A program made the translations under genes and the position numbers. The notes beneath the pieces are model-generated. The model saw only the letters and a list, made by a program, of their open reading frames with translations, was not told the origin of the DNA and made no database searches. A DNA stretch of 57,884 bases, from assembly GCA_036630325.1 (NCBI GenBank), contig CP142730.1, positions 1,240,001-1,297,884 on the forward strand, written 5' to 3'. Shown here piece by piece: positions 20,295 to 34,486 of the stretch. The first letter of the stretch is position 1, and each line of letters starts with the position of its first letter. This DNA comes from Vairimorpha necatrix. Lineage: Eukaryota.

Positions 20295-22592
20295 ATGAAT
20301 ATAATTAAATTTGTTGTAGCATTTTTAGTTGTACAATGTTCGGATATTGTGTATAATAATCTAAAAATTGCTTTTTTAAATAAAATAGCAGTAGGAGATT
20401 ATTGTTTTTTGAATAATGAAAGCAGATATTTATGTGTAATGTTTAATTTTCACCTTCGCAAAAATGCAATAAAAGCAGGAATTAAGATTACAACTTTTCC
20501 TTGGCATTTTGAAGAATCAGAATATTTGATTGTGGATATGGAGAACAAATCTATTGATAATATCTTAAAGAAATTCGAAGAAAAATTATTTATTAAATAC
20601 AAAAAAAAAGCAGCAGATGCTATAATATTAATATACAGACCAAACAATTGTAGAACTAATGCATTCTATAAAAGAATTATCAAACGGATAGAAAAAATAA
20701 ATGACGAACGAAAAGAAATGCATATACGTCCTGATATCATTTATAAATATATAATTGGCATCGATTCTCTATGGTATAGAATGACCAAAGTATTGAGAGA
20801 TGATTTGGAATTATACGGAGTTCGGATCGATTATAAAATTCCGCTATATATTGAAGAAAATACAGAAGGAATTTATTTAGTTATTAGTATTCAATTAGAT
20901 AATATATATTATTGTTTTGAAATAGATGTTAAAGAACTTGATAGAAATTTGATATTATCACTGGTGGAATTTGAGCCAACACATGAAGATGAAAGTCATG
21001 ACCTGATTAGTAGGTTGTTTTGTGATTTGTATGCTTTTGTTTCTACTGATGATATCGGTTCCTTACATCCTTCACGCTTTTCAGTTTGTGAACTCAATAA
21101 AATTGAATTTTTCGAAAACAAAATACAAATGGGTTTAGAATGTGAAAAATTATGTCTTACTATTAACACTGATAATTTTAAATATATTTTAAGAAAGAAG
21201 GTAGGTAGAGGTGAAACTAAATTATTCATTTATGAAAAAACATATTTAGAATTTCAAGGATTTTTTAAAAAAATTTATGCAATAGAACAAATGAAAGAGA
21301 AAGAAAATATCATAGAATTGTTTTATAGGTTGATGAGTAATAATAATCAAATACTTTATTTATTAAATAGAATTTTAGATAAAACAAGCACTGTTCTGAA
21401 TATTATTTTTAAATATCTTATAGACTGTCAGAATATAATTAATAAAAACGAACATGAGTTGACAATAGGAAAAAAACAGAGAAATAAAACAGAAAGGCAA
21501 ATAATCTTGGAAGCACTACAGGATATATTTTCGCGCGGCTATAAGTCATCAAGTACCTATCTAATTAAAATCTGTTTATTGCTAGAAGCTGAAGAGCTTA
21601 TTAATAAAAACGAGGTATTCGATGAACCAATATTTGGGACTTTGAAAAGAATTACTGAATTAGTTCCGTCGCAGGAAAATTCAATGAACATTATCTCGAG
21701 CGAAGATAATATTAATTTGTGTAAAGCATATCAATATTTAGTAAAAAATTGTCTTGCGGATATAAAAATATATAAAAGAAATATTTGGAAGGTTGTATAT
21801 AAATTTGCGGCATTGTTTACAGGTTTAGAAAAGACTGAATGCATTGCAGCTGATTATTATTATTATATCGTAAAAAGTAATGAGATCGCAAATTTGGGCC
21901 TCGGGGAAAATGAAGTTACTAAAAATTACGATACGGTAAGTAAAAAAATATTAGAAAAACATTTAGAAGACATTAAAAAAGAAAATTTAAAGTATTTTTA
22001 TAATATTAAAAATATTATCGAAAGCATTAGCCATCTAAAAATGAGCGAAGAAGAAATAAAGATTAAAGGATCTGAAATAACGACACTCTTAAATAAAATA
22101 AATATAAAAATACATAGATTAAAGTTAATGTCTTTGAAAAATGAAGCTTTAAATGCAAATATTGAAAATTTATACGATGAAAAGACAAGAACTAAATTTG
22201 AAAATGACTTAAGAGAAAGAGGAAAAGAAGAAATAACAGATATTTATATAGGTGATATTGAAACTCACGAATTAATTAAATTCATAGATAAATATGATAA
22301 AAATATTCTACTCGAATATAATAATTTTATTTTGATTACATTCTTTGCTGAATTGAGTGCTTTTATTGACAAAAATACAAAAAGAAGTTGTGAAAGAGAT
22401 TTACCAAGAGTTTCTGTTTTACTTATCGAAAATAGTTTAAATAATGAAGCATTTAAACAATATGCTTGCGAAAAAATTCTTAGAAGGATGGTTAACATAT
22501 TAGGTGAAATTGGCATATTAAAAAGTTTAAATAAATCAGGAATAACATTACATGATGATTTAGTAAAAACAATAAAAGATAAAGAAGAGTGA
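20295..22592 (+). CDS. Hypothetical secreted protein, 765 aa
   Basis: Long ORF in AT-rich DNA with AACCCC-ATG start. Signal-peptide-like MNIIKFVVAFLVVQCS. AATAAA just after the stop. No domain recognised. Confidence 0.9.
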   Translation: MNIIKFVVAFLVVQCSDIVYNNLKIAFLNKIAVGDYCFLNNESRYLCVMFNFHLRKNAIKAGIKITTFPWHFEESEYLIVDMENKSIDNILKKFEEKLFIKYKKKAADAIILIYRPNNCRTNAFYKRIIKRIEKINDERKEMHIRPDIIYKYIIGIDSLWYRMTKVLRDDLELYGVRIDYKIPLYIEENTEGIYLVISIQLDNIYYCFEIDVKELDRNLILSLVEFEPTHEDESHDLISRLFCDLYAFVSTDDIGSLHPSRFSVCELNKIEFFENKIQMGLECEKLCLTINTDNFKYILRKKVGRGETKLFIYEKTYLEFQGFFKKIYAIEQMKEKENIIELFYRLMSNNNQILYLLNRILDKTSTVLNIIFKYLIDCQNIINKNEHELTIGKKQRNKTERQIILEALQDIFSRGYKSSSTYLIKICLLLEAEELINKNEVFDEPIFGTLKRITELVPSQENSMNIISSEDNINLCKAYQYLVKNCLADIKIYKRNIWKVVYKFAALFTGLEKTECIAADYYYYIVKSNEIANLGLGENEVTKNYDTVSKKILEKHLEDIKKENLKYFYNIKNIIESISHLKMSEEEIKIKGSEITTLLNKINIKIHRLKLMSLKNEALNANIENLYDEKTRTKFENDLRERGKEEITDIYIGDIETHELIKFIDKYDKNILLEYNNFILITFFAELSAFIDKNTKRSCERDLPRVSVLLIENSLNNEAFKQYACEKILRRMVNILGEIGILKSLNKSGITLHDDLVKTIKDKEE

Positions 22593-22972
22593 GATCTTAG
22601 AGAAAAATAAATATCTAATTTTACTAAATTGTTGTATACTTTGTTACGTTCTAATATCTTTATATTTTTCACAAAAAAATCAATGTAATCGTCGTTGTTG
22701 TAAATACGTGAATTCGAATCAACAACATATCATGTATTTATAAATTTTTACAAGTATATTATAGTATCATCTTATAAATGACAAAGTTGTAAGTATTTAT
22801 AAACATTCTCGATTGTATATTAAACGCAGATTTTTTGATCAAAGTAATATATCAGTGAATAAAATATTGTCCAAGCATTAACACGCATAATAATGGCATG
22901 TTATACCATTTCTATCTTGTGTAAAAAGTTATTAAATCCTAAAATAAGAACTTATGAAAATAATTTTCAGAG

Positions 22973-23713
22973 TGCTGAGATTATATATTTAATAAATCCA
23001 ACTCTTAACTTACAATTATATTTAACATGGTGGAGAATGAAAAATGATTGAACCAAAACATAAACAAAGGAAGAGGTTAAAAGTTCTGCCAAGGCATGAA
23101 CGTAAAAAAATGCAGTAATGATAGAATAGGGATGGTTGGTTGTCAAAACGAAAAGAATGTAATGAATTGCATCAATCAAAGAAATCGGATAGGAGAAAAC
23201 GTAGTTGGGCCAAGAAGAGTAGCGAAGAAACAGTATTGAGGAAATTATATATGCTATGAGACATGTCCAGATGTAGCGTAGTGATATTCCTATTATTCAC
23301 ACTCAAAGCTGTGTCTGCAAGATGGCTAACAACCAGTGTAAGAAAATCCAAATAGATTTAAAAAAAAAAGAAATCAAAAAAGACAATTTTAATTTGAAGA
23401 ATGAGATACACGGACAAAATCCGTACCATTGTTTGGAAGACATGTGTAAAGAAAAATCTCATGCCCATAGATCTTTTTTTTAATAGGGAAATAAAGTACC
23501 GTAAAGACCAATACAAGAAAACATAGTAAGACGCGAAAGAGTAAAGCGCAGCCGATGGCTAATTTTCATAAAAATGCTCCTTTATTTTGAGAGCTAAGTA
23601 GTAGGGTAGAAAGTAGTAAAGATAATTACATCACCCAGTTCAAAATTTAGCGCAAGGATGTTACGAATAAAATTGTAATACATTTAACCTGTAACTTACA
23701 ATTATATTTAACA
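22973..23713 (+). mobile_element. Decayed, internally deleted LTR element with 55-bp LTRs
   Basis: Ungapped 55-bp TG...CA repeats at 22973-23027 and 23659-23713, with the last 22 bp identical. PBS-like TGGTGGAGAATG at 23028. Purine-rich interior. Flanks CAGAG/CATTG match only 3/5. Confidence 0.65.
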
Positions 23714-26700
23714 CATTGAATTTAAATATAGTGTATATAAATAAAATACAAATACTATATATTAGAATTAGATTAAAACAAAAATATTTTTAAGATAAAA
23801 TATTATTATTTTGAATATATAAAATCGATATGGCAATGTAATAATTTAAATTATTTATGTAACAAAGCTCAAGGGCTACATGTTTGACAGTTTAAAATAT
23901 TCTGATAAATAAAATTTTTTATTTTACTCCCACGTATTGTAGAAGAAAAAGAAGATAGAAAAAAAACATTTTAATATCGACCATATTGTAATTTTTATAA
24001 TATATATATATATATATATATAAAAATAAGATAAAAAGAAAAAAAAATAATTTTCTATCATGAACGCATCAAAGGACGCATGAGAAAATTTATAAAAAAA
24101 TATTGCAACCATTTAATCATAAAATTTGATTTAGATATATTTAGACAAAATATAACGTGTTATAATAAAGAGGAAATTTGCTTCATTAAAATTTTGTATG
24201 AGTACGTAAGTAAGTATTCTAAATCAATTCAATCAAAAGTCTCTATTATGAAAAATATACTTTGTATATATTTATGATATAGTTTTGTAAAAAGTTTAAA
24301 CTATATCAAATCTACAATGCCAACTTTAAGATATTTTTATGTCTTTCTTCAAATATTTAATAATAATTCCTTCATGTTTTCATTCCGACGGATTTTAATG
24401 TATAACTGTGGTATACATTTTATGATATAGTACGATTAACGCATTAATTTTGCAAGATCTAAACAAGATAGCTAAAAAATATGTACGTGATTCGAATTGA
24501 ATAAACATTTATTTTTTTATTGTATATCAGAATGATTATATTTAAAGACAAAATAATTCTTACGTATTGTGTTATTACAGCTACACAAACATCTTTATTT
24601 CTCATAGTATGTATTTTACAATTTTTAATTTTTTTACTCCTTCTTATTTTTAAATATTTTATTTAAAAAATCAATAAATTCAAGTGAGATAGACTCGAAT
24701 AAAAAAATTATTTTAAAACTTTTTAATGCCTGGCAATGATAGCCGCTCGAACATCCAGTTATTTAGAGTACTACTTTAGAGCAATGCTAATTCCTTTGCC
24801 GTTTGACAAGACTATTAATATAAAATTAAAATATGTCTAAAATTGATAATGCAATTTTTATAAAACAATATGAGTCATTTCTGATAAAAAATAAATATAG
24901 ATGATCTTATATATTAATAAAATTGTAAAAGATGTACAACATGAACATTGTTGGTTACTAAAAAGTATTCGTACATAATATATAATATTATTGAAGAATT
25001 AATGTTTATATTTTTATTACATTTTTCTAGTTTTAGTAATTTTAATGATTTTTAAGAAGATAAGACATTATCACTAAAAATAAAATGTTGAGAACAAACA
25101 CTTAATTATATTTTAATTTGTTAAATTCAAATCTATAAAACACACAAATTTATAATTAAATAATCTAAGGAGAAAAAATACCTTGAAAAATAAAATATTA
25201 TTTCTTTAAAACTGTCTAATTTTTTATTTGTGATGTATGGACTACCTCACAACAATAAGGGTCAATAATATTGTAGAAACATGTTTATAAATGGAAAAGC
25301 ATGAACTTTCACTAAAATTGCTAATAAAATTGTTATATTAAAAATAAAATATATAAAAAAGTTTGTCTTTGAGGGGCATGGAATATATGAGAAGTCAAAA
25401 CACCATCAATAAATATATTAATATTAACAATATTTTAGAAAACTAAAATAAATATAGCAAAGTTCTGTCTATACGGGACGTTATTCTTTTATTTGTATGA
25501 TAAAATAATAACATGTGAACATTAAAAATGTTACATACAGAAATTATAATTTTAAAAATGTATTTATATTTTTTGGAAATAATAAATATACACAGCCAAT
25601 ATAAAAAATTAATATTTATATGTCTTTTACACATAACAAAAAGATTTTAATGAGAGAAAATTATATAATTAATCTCGTTTTAACCCAAGAGCCGAAAATA
25701 AGGCTACAGAGATAAACCAATTACAACAGAGATAGCTTAATTGTTTTTAAATATTAAAGACACAAATTAAGTATTTTTTCGATATAAATAATATATTCTT
25801 GTCTACCAAAAATTAAATTCTCACAATATGCTTTTTATATGAAAAAATGATATACGATGTTATAAAGGATACAGAAAGATATTAATGTTTTAAATCGTTT
25901 TTTAAAGTAAAAAAAATTATGTGTACTGTTCACAACCTTAATCCCTCTTTTCAGTCACTTAAAACAAATCTAATGTTTTAATTTATAGTTAGTAGTAATG
26001 AAATTTTCTTAGTGGTTAATTAAATGATAGCTTTTTACACATTGATAAAAATTACTATCCATAAAGATTCAAAATACCCATATAAAAATAAAATTTTAGA
26101 GCAAAATATAAAACTTTTTTCAAAAAAAGTTTATACCATCACTTAAGCAAAAAAATTAATACAAATAGATCTTTTCGGTAATATATTTTACCATATTTCA
26201 ATAATTCAACAAAACTCAATCTTGTAACATCGATTTAAAGGTCAAAATATCTCAATTTTAAGACGTTATTAAAATATAGCCTAATAAAAAAAATAAAAAA
26301 CGTATAAAGTACTAAAAGTATGCAAGAACCCGGAGAAAAAGAATTTATAAAATTACAAACATCATAGATTTCATCGTATAAATTCGTAAATTTCAAATGT
26401 AATATCATACTTTAGATATTCCAGCAAGAGATTAATTCAATAGGACAAAAAAATTTAGCCCCTATTGAAAGCAAGAATGGAAATATATGTAACAAATTTG
26501 ATTATAAATTCTAATCGAATATGATAAAAAAAAATGATATTTTTTGAGGTCTATTTCATATTAGACTACTATTACAAGTAATTATATTTTTATATAAAAG
26601 AAAGAAGCCGTATAAATTAAATAAAATATTCTAAAATTATCTTAAAATAAAATGTCTCGGATTATGAGAAAAAAACCAATAATATTTCAAGTCCATATAG

Positions 26701-29700
26701 GCATATAATATTTCCAAATAAATTCTCTTAATAGAAAAGGATATTGCAAAGATATATTTATACTATTTTCGAAAAAAAATAGGAGCATGACTTTGACAAC
26801 ATAAAAAATTTTAGCATATTTATAAGAATATAAGAGATTTCTTAATGATTCAAACAACAATGATAGAATTACAAGTTATCACAGAAATAATATTTTTTTA
26901 AAGTGTCAATCAAGCGATTTTTTATGATTCAATTAAATTCGTGTTTGTAAATTATTACATTTAGAGGTATAAATATGGTAAAGCTATCATGAAAACATTT
27001 AATGTATTTGGTAGTCTGAAGAGTAAAAGAGTTAAATTGAGAACATAAAGAAGGTAATATTTGTTACCTTTCCTTTAATTTTAATCTTCCTTTGAGATTG
27101 CTTATCTACGGTAATAAGTCAAATTGACCATAAAATTCTATTAAAAAAATCTCTATACAAAGAAATTAATTTTAGCTGAAAACCAGGTAAATATTATTAT
27201 AATAAATTTTTATATGAAAATGTTTATAAAGCAAGGGTAAATATCTCATATATAATATTTAAGATGAAAACTCTTATTATAAAATAGATTATAGTTATTA
27301 AATAATTAGAAATTTCTAATTTAAGACTATTGAGAATATTTAGTGTATAAAAAATGTGAAGTTTATGTAAAAGTGGTATCCACTCTAATTTTTTTTCAAG
27401 TTACAGCCACAAAAAATGAATATGCTGTAAAATCACCAAAAACATTTTTAAAAATCCCATCATTTAGACTATATCTCATCTTTGCAACTGTTTAAAATAT
27501 TTTTTACAGAGGAGCCCAATAAAAAATAGAAAGAAACAAAAAAAAATTAAAGTTATAAAGTAAATAATACAACAAGCAAGTAATTCAAAATAAATTTTTT
27601 AATCTACTCAATTACGCAATTTTATTTGAACATTAATGTTATTAAATCTCATTTATAATAAAGAGAGAGAAAATTTTTATCCAAAACATACAAGAAAAAT
27701 ATTTGTTATGTTCTTTTTAAACATAAATCCATAAAACAAGTAGAAACGACATAAGAATTTAACCAAACATATAACAAGTATCAAAATGATTTTTAAATTA
27801 TGAAAATTTAAGGCAAATAATTTATTAATTTAGTATTTAGAACTTGTAAAAAGAAATAAAATTTTCAAAAGCATAATATGATATTAATACAAAAAGGTAT
27901 ACAATCAATACTTATGATATAACTATCTTACTTAAAACAATTTCTTTTAAAATTATGTTGTAGTTCTTTATAAGATGAGTTTAATTAATTAAGTAAAGTT
28001 TGAATTAAATATGATAATAAATATTTATATAATATAAAGTTATGAGTGATAATAAAATATTTAAAATTTACAAATTTTAATAATTTAATAATGGAATATC
28101 AATAAATATCTTTTCCATTTGAATAAATGAGACGATAAAAGATCTTGTAATATGTAAAAATTTCCAACAATAGTTTTTATTTATATTTAAAAAAGTAAAC
28201 GTTTTATCACAAATTAACTATTAGGAAAATACAAGATAAGATATATATTTACTAAATAAATTAGATGATTTGACCGAAAAGATATTTGAAACGATATATC
28301 TAATAAAAAAATTTTACTAAACCCTTAAAATCATAAAACAAGACACATGGCAAGAAATAAGTTTAATAAAAATGAAAATAGTTTCTTCTAAAAATCTTAT
28401 CATATAAAGAAATATATTTAAAGTCCAAATTTAGTTGTCCCAAAACGCTAGTAAATAAGATGTAATAAAAAATAATAAGATAAATTATATACAACCGATT
28501 GCATAAAATATTTTTATTAAACAAAGCTGCTTCAGTACAGTTTATAAAATTTAATTATTAGAATAAATGGAAGATTATATATAATATTTTATGTATCATA
28601 ACAAACCAGAGCATAAACAATTAGTATACATCGACTTTTTTCAAAACCACAATCGATATATTTCAATTACATATTCTAATGCCACAACTTTTCTTTATCA
28701 TAATATTGACAAGTCGAAAAATTTTTAATTAATTTAGGTGTACATAAAACTATATAAAATACTTTTTGGTATGAAAATGACAAATTCAAAGGCTAATATT
28801 AACAATATCGCTGTAAATTCATTTGCTCTATTGAATAGAATATGATTATCAAGTATATGCAAAGAATATATCACAAGTCTTTATATGTTTTTTTGATCAA
28901 ATAAGATTCAGACATATCACATTAAGACACAACTATTTTGCAATTATCATCAAACTATCTAGAAATTGTCCGCTTTTTTGTGCATTTTTTTAAAATAAAT
29001 TTGAAATAAAATCTAAATCAAAAAATACCTATTATATAGTATATTCAATTTATTCAACAAATTAGAATTATATTCAAAAAAATAAATAATATTTCATGTT
29101 AAATATAAAGCTACTTAATAAATATAAAAACAATTTTATTGAAAATTTCAAAACAACTAAAAAAAGTTTTTTGAGAAAGAACTTCGCATATCAAATTAAG
29201 ATACAAAAAAATATTAGAAATGTCAACTTAAAGATATGATTAATTATCTAGATTCGTTTGCTTGTTTTTTGAGATTCATGCGTTTGGTTTCTAACAAACT
29301 CTAATGGAGTATTATGCAAAAAAACTTTAATTTACGATCGTCTACCTCTTATAAACTAAATCTTTTTAAAGTACAACGATGATTGACACCCTTAACCTTT
29401 CAAAAATACCTTAAAGTTAAATGTCTGCATATATTTCTCAACACGGCGCCAAAAAATATTATAATATGATAATATTCTTTATGATCCAAATCAGTTCACA
29501 TAATACTATATGTCAAACACTGTGATTGACATTTTTTATTATATAAATAAATTTAAATAAACTATACATGCTTTTATATTAGAGCATAAAATGCATTGTT
29601 TTTTCTCAATTGATCTCCACAGATAAGCGCTTTTTTGCAGTACATCATTAGCTACCAATACTATGTTCTTATTTAAAGAATTTTTTTCTGCAAGTCTTAT

Positions 29701-30227
29701 CAGGGTTTAAAAAAAAGCGCGCTAATTTATGCTTATTATATTTTTTACCTAAAATTTTACTTTTATTAGTCTTTAGCTTGATGAATTCTTATATTTGCTG
29801 TGGTATTTTGTCTTATGGCATGACGTATAATAATATATTCTAAATTTATAAATTGAGACAAATTAAAATTTTAAATTGATATCCATCTTGTATACAAAAT
29901 ATTATATTTTCAAATATAATTGTTTATCAAAAATGTAAATTGTACAAAATTAGCAATTAACATTGTAAAGAACTTAAAGGCTGTTTAAAGATATATTAGT
30001 TATCGTTTATTCAGCAAAAATAAAAAAATATTAATATTGAAACAATAAATAATTCAAAATTCTTAATAATAATCAGGAAATAAAGCATAATAAGAACTGT
30101 AGAATATATACTTTGGTATGTATATATACATTCAATTAATAATTATGATAAGTTTTCGTTAAAAAAAGTTTAAGAATTAGTGAAGGTACAAAGATGATTA
30201 GATTATGTAGGTAAATATACGTTTCAA

Positions 30228-30288
30228 TAGGTTAGGAATCGGTAGGTTAGTTTAGGTAGGTTAGGTAAGTAGGTTGGTAGGTTAGGTA
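30228..30288 (+). repeat. Interstitial telomere-like tract (degenerate TAGG/TTAGG)
   Basis: TAGGTTAGG...GGTAGGTTAGTTTAGGTAGGTTAGGTAAGTAGGTTGGTAGGTTAGGTA, on the same strand as the terminal telomere. Confidence 0.85.
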
Positions 30289-30939
30289 TTTACTATCTAG
30301 AAAAAAACTAATTTTAAACTTTTGAAACAATTAAAGTCACAAAACAATGCAATGCAACGTATTTTCCATTTATTTATATTTTTGTATATTTAGATCATCT
30401 ATTATGGTTCGTTAGACCCTTTAAGTTTTTGAATGAACGATGTATGAAGAAGTTGTGTAAAATAACCATAATTTTTAATAGTGTAAATATAGGAATTTAA
30501 CCATTAGAATTGTAATTATAAAACAATAATATACTATATACACTATGAAGCTAAATTATTAAAAAAGCTTTAACATAACGTATTTTAACAACAAAGAGAA
30601 CATACTGTATCGAAATATTGGTTAATATATTCAAATCATTGAAGTACTAAGAAAAACAGAACTTATACTCTTTTTAAAAAATCAATTGAAATATATATAT
30701 GTATATATAAGAAGGATAATGAACTTGAAAGAAGAAGAAAATTAACTTTACTTCTAAACAAAAAAAATTAACATGTATAGTATATGTATGTTAAGTTAGA
30801 AGTATTGTTTTCTTGATGATATTTTTAAGAGAAAAATAATTTCAAAATTTTTTATAGATAAGTAACTATAGCTTAATAAACATATAAGAAGGAAATAACA
30901 ATGTCGTAAAATTTAGAACATCTCAGACTACATATTAAT

Positions 30940-31722
30940 TTTTATTATTGTTCTATAAATGACACTTGAGTATCTTTATTTGGTTTTAAAGCATTTATGA
31001 AATTTGCCATTTTCCCATCTCCTTCTATTATACATATATAAGAAGACAAATCTTGAAAAATATGAAAAATTCAGAACAGCCGAAAATGCATATAAATACA
31101 CATTATTGTTATATAAGTAAAGTTGAGTATCTTTATATGTTTTTAAAGCATTTAAGAAATTTGCCATTTTTACATCTCTTTCTTGTATATATATATAAGA
31201 AGACAAATCTTGAAAAATATGAAAAATTCAGAACAGCCGAAAATGCATATAAATACACATTATTGTTATATAAGTAAAGTTGAGTATCTTTATATGTTTT
31301 TAAAGCATTTAAGAAATTTGCCATTTTTACATCTCTTTCTTGTATATATATATAAGAAGACAAATCTTGAAAAATATGAAAAAAAAAGATGCTGAAAATG
31401 CATATAAATACACATATTGTTATATAAGTATCACTTGAGTATCTTTTTTTGTTTTTAAAGCATTTAAGAAATTTGCCATTTTTACATCTCTTTCTTGTAT
31501 ATATATATATAAGAAGACAAATCTTGAAAAATATGAAAAAAAAAGATGCTGAAAATGCATATAAATACACATATTGTTATATAAGTATCACTTGAGTATC
31601 TTTTTTTGTTTTTAAAGCTTTTATGAAATTTGTTAATTTTCCATCTCATTCTAGTATACATATATAAGAAGACAAATCTAGAAAAATATAAAAAAATTAA
31701 GAACAGCTGAAAATGCATATAA
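30940..31722. repeat. 157-bp tandem satellite, about 5 copies
   Basis: AGAAGACAAATCT recurs at 31041, 31198, 31355, 31512 and 31667. Confidence 0.95.
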
Positions 31723-33084
31723 TTGTACGGTCTTATGTGATAACAAGGAATGTGTGTATATATATATGCGTACTTATTAGTTTATATGATTTATTTTTTC
31801 TTTAAGTAAATCAAAGTATGTCTTTATTATTAAGATTTTAAAACAGAATGATTCTAAAAGTTTCTAGAGTAACCGTGGGAGTTTTACGATTTAATATTCT
31901 AACATAAGAATGATTAATAAATGTATACTAATTGGTAAAAATTTTTGTTATAATGATTAAATATTTTAAAAACTCCCAGAAACAATTTATATTTTAATTA
32001 CAATTACATCTAAATATATATACAAGTCTTTAAGTATCAGCAACATTTCTAATTTTTTTGGCTAATGGAAAGTATCTATGTATATTTGTACATGAGAGAG
32101 ATAATGAACACGAAAAAAGGAGAAATTGACATCTCATAAAACCTAGTAAAAATAACAATGTGTACATGTAAGTAAATTGTGAAGTTTTTATTCTAATTAA
32201 AACCTTTATTATATACATGATTTAAATTTTTTTAAAGGGTATCTATCTGCATATATATATATATATATAAAAGTACAAAATAAAAAACTTAAAAATCAAG
32301 AAAAATATACATAAATATTAGTGCAGTGAAATTAATTGTATTGAAATAATAGAACTTTCTATATCGTAACAAATAATATATAAGTATTTTTGTGTAATTA
32401 ATACATTCAATTATATAATTATTGCCAGTATCAACACATAGAATAAATAGATTTTGAATTAAACAAATCAGAATATAATTTGTGTATAAATCAATAACAA
32501 AAATTTTTTGTATTTAATGATGAATTCTTTATTTGGAATACATCGAGGTACATTAGAAAGAATATAATCGTAGATAAAAAACAACCAATACCCCATTGGA
32601 AAACAATACTGTATAAAAATACAACACTTTAATATAATATAAAACGAAATTTAAATATCATGAAGATTTTATATTTTATTTATTTAATACGAGAGAGCGA
32701 TTATATAAATGTATCGAAAATAAACACAATTTCTATTAATAATAATAGCAAAATCTCATAAGTACGTATGTATGAATTTAACATTGAAATTATGTATAAA
32801 TAAGAATTTTCATACAAAAATGTATATATTATCGTAGCCTCTTAAATACTGATCAATCATATTCTCACAAATTGGCTACAAAAAGTATTAAAAAAATATT
32901 CCAAAAGAGGGCATGATAATAAGAATGCAGAAATTGACCTATTTCAAATAAATAACATCTTATAAAATCAAGATACTTATATTATATAATTATATATTAT
33001 TTTTTGCATAATTCAATGAGAATTTCTAAAAAAAATAAGCTTGAATAAGAATTGTCATATTTACAAAAATTATGTTATGTCTAA

Positions 33085-33260
33085 ATAACATCCAGATGAT
33101 CACGCTACAAACCATTTCTCTGGACTAATGAAAGAGAGAATACGAAGCTGATGTGGAAAGGACTATGGAGACGAGAAGCAACCGACAAGCAGGAGACGCT
33201 AACGCGGAACCTATCCTTGTTAAACTATAAATATAAATTACAATAAGCATATCCTAATTA
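33085..33260 (+). mobile_element. Short 3'-end fragment of a probable RLE LINE (second subfamily)
   Basis: Shares the exact 25-mer CAGGAGACGCTAACGCGGAACCTAT (33190-33214) and a downstream AATA..GCATATCC tail with 43155-43345. Confidence 0.55.
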
Positions 33261-34486
33261 GATTCATTTATTTTTATGTCGAAATATAACTATATTCCAA
33301 CGATATCTTATGGTAGCATAACATAGAATTTCGCGACCCAATATAGGATATAAAATTAGTTATAACATCTTGATCTTAAGATATCTCATGATTTTTCGAG
33401 ATCAAAATTACTTTTAATAAAGGATAGTTTTAGAAAAACTTACTTCTAATATATGATAATATTGGCAAACCTGTTCATGAGATGTTAAGACCACATTCAA
33501 TTAAAACGAAATATATGTATATATATATCTGATTGTTATGTTAGTATCTTTCTATTAGAGAAAATATTTTATATCTGATCGTATAATATATACTCGTTAA
33601 ATCAGTAGTAGATCAAAAAAAAGTAAAAAGGACTCAACATTTTGAACTAATATTTTTTGTATTCTTTTATATAAAACCTCATTAATAACAATTTCTAATA
33701 TATATAAAAAATACTTTTTTGTTTAATATTTTGTTTTCAATATTTCTAAAATTTTATCCTTATACATCTGTTTTAAATTAAAAGCAAATTGAGAATTAGG
33801 GATATTTATGCATACTTCTTAATTAAAAATATTCATTGTTAATCGTATAGTGTTATAACACTAAACATGATAACATTTTGAATTTTCACATTTATTTATA
33901 TCATTATATGGAAGGGAAACAAAAAATTTTAAGCATTCTAAATGTTTTCATAAATTATTTATTTAAATTCTTATAATCATAAATAAAAAAACTAGAATAA
34001 TCATCAAAATACTCCTGTTTACTCATATCACACAATTCAATGTTTAGTTACACAATTCATCAGACTGATGTTTTATGAATAATATTAGTAAGTAAATTTA
34101 TTTAAATAGTCGAAATGTTTAAAGACGCACCTTTATTCTACGTAAAACTGTTTCCAAATAATCTAATATTCATAATTTTGATCTTAATTCTAATATCCCT
34201 TTTTATAATTGATACATTTGCTCAGATAATGGTAAACTTATATCTATAGAAGTTCTCGCAACCAAAACTATCACAATGATTATGTAATAATCATACTTAT
34301 GTTTGATTGGCAATAATTATGTATAAATGCGATCATTAAAATCATTATTTTCTACGGACTAGAAATATATGACCGGAGAAACCTTATGTTTATCAATAGA
34401 TTATATGACTAAATTTGGGTAAAGCACATGTAGCGGAAGGGCTTTTATATAATTATAGTAAAAAACTGCAAGTACAATTCTTGTGA

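Noticed and set aside
30976-31718. ORFs in the 157-bp array, or a CRISPR-like reading of it
   Set aside because: Whole units repeat with no unique spacers, and the unit length is not a multiple of 3. It is a satellite.
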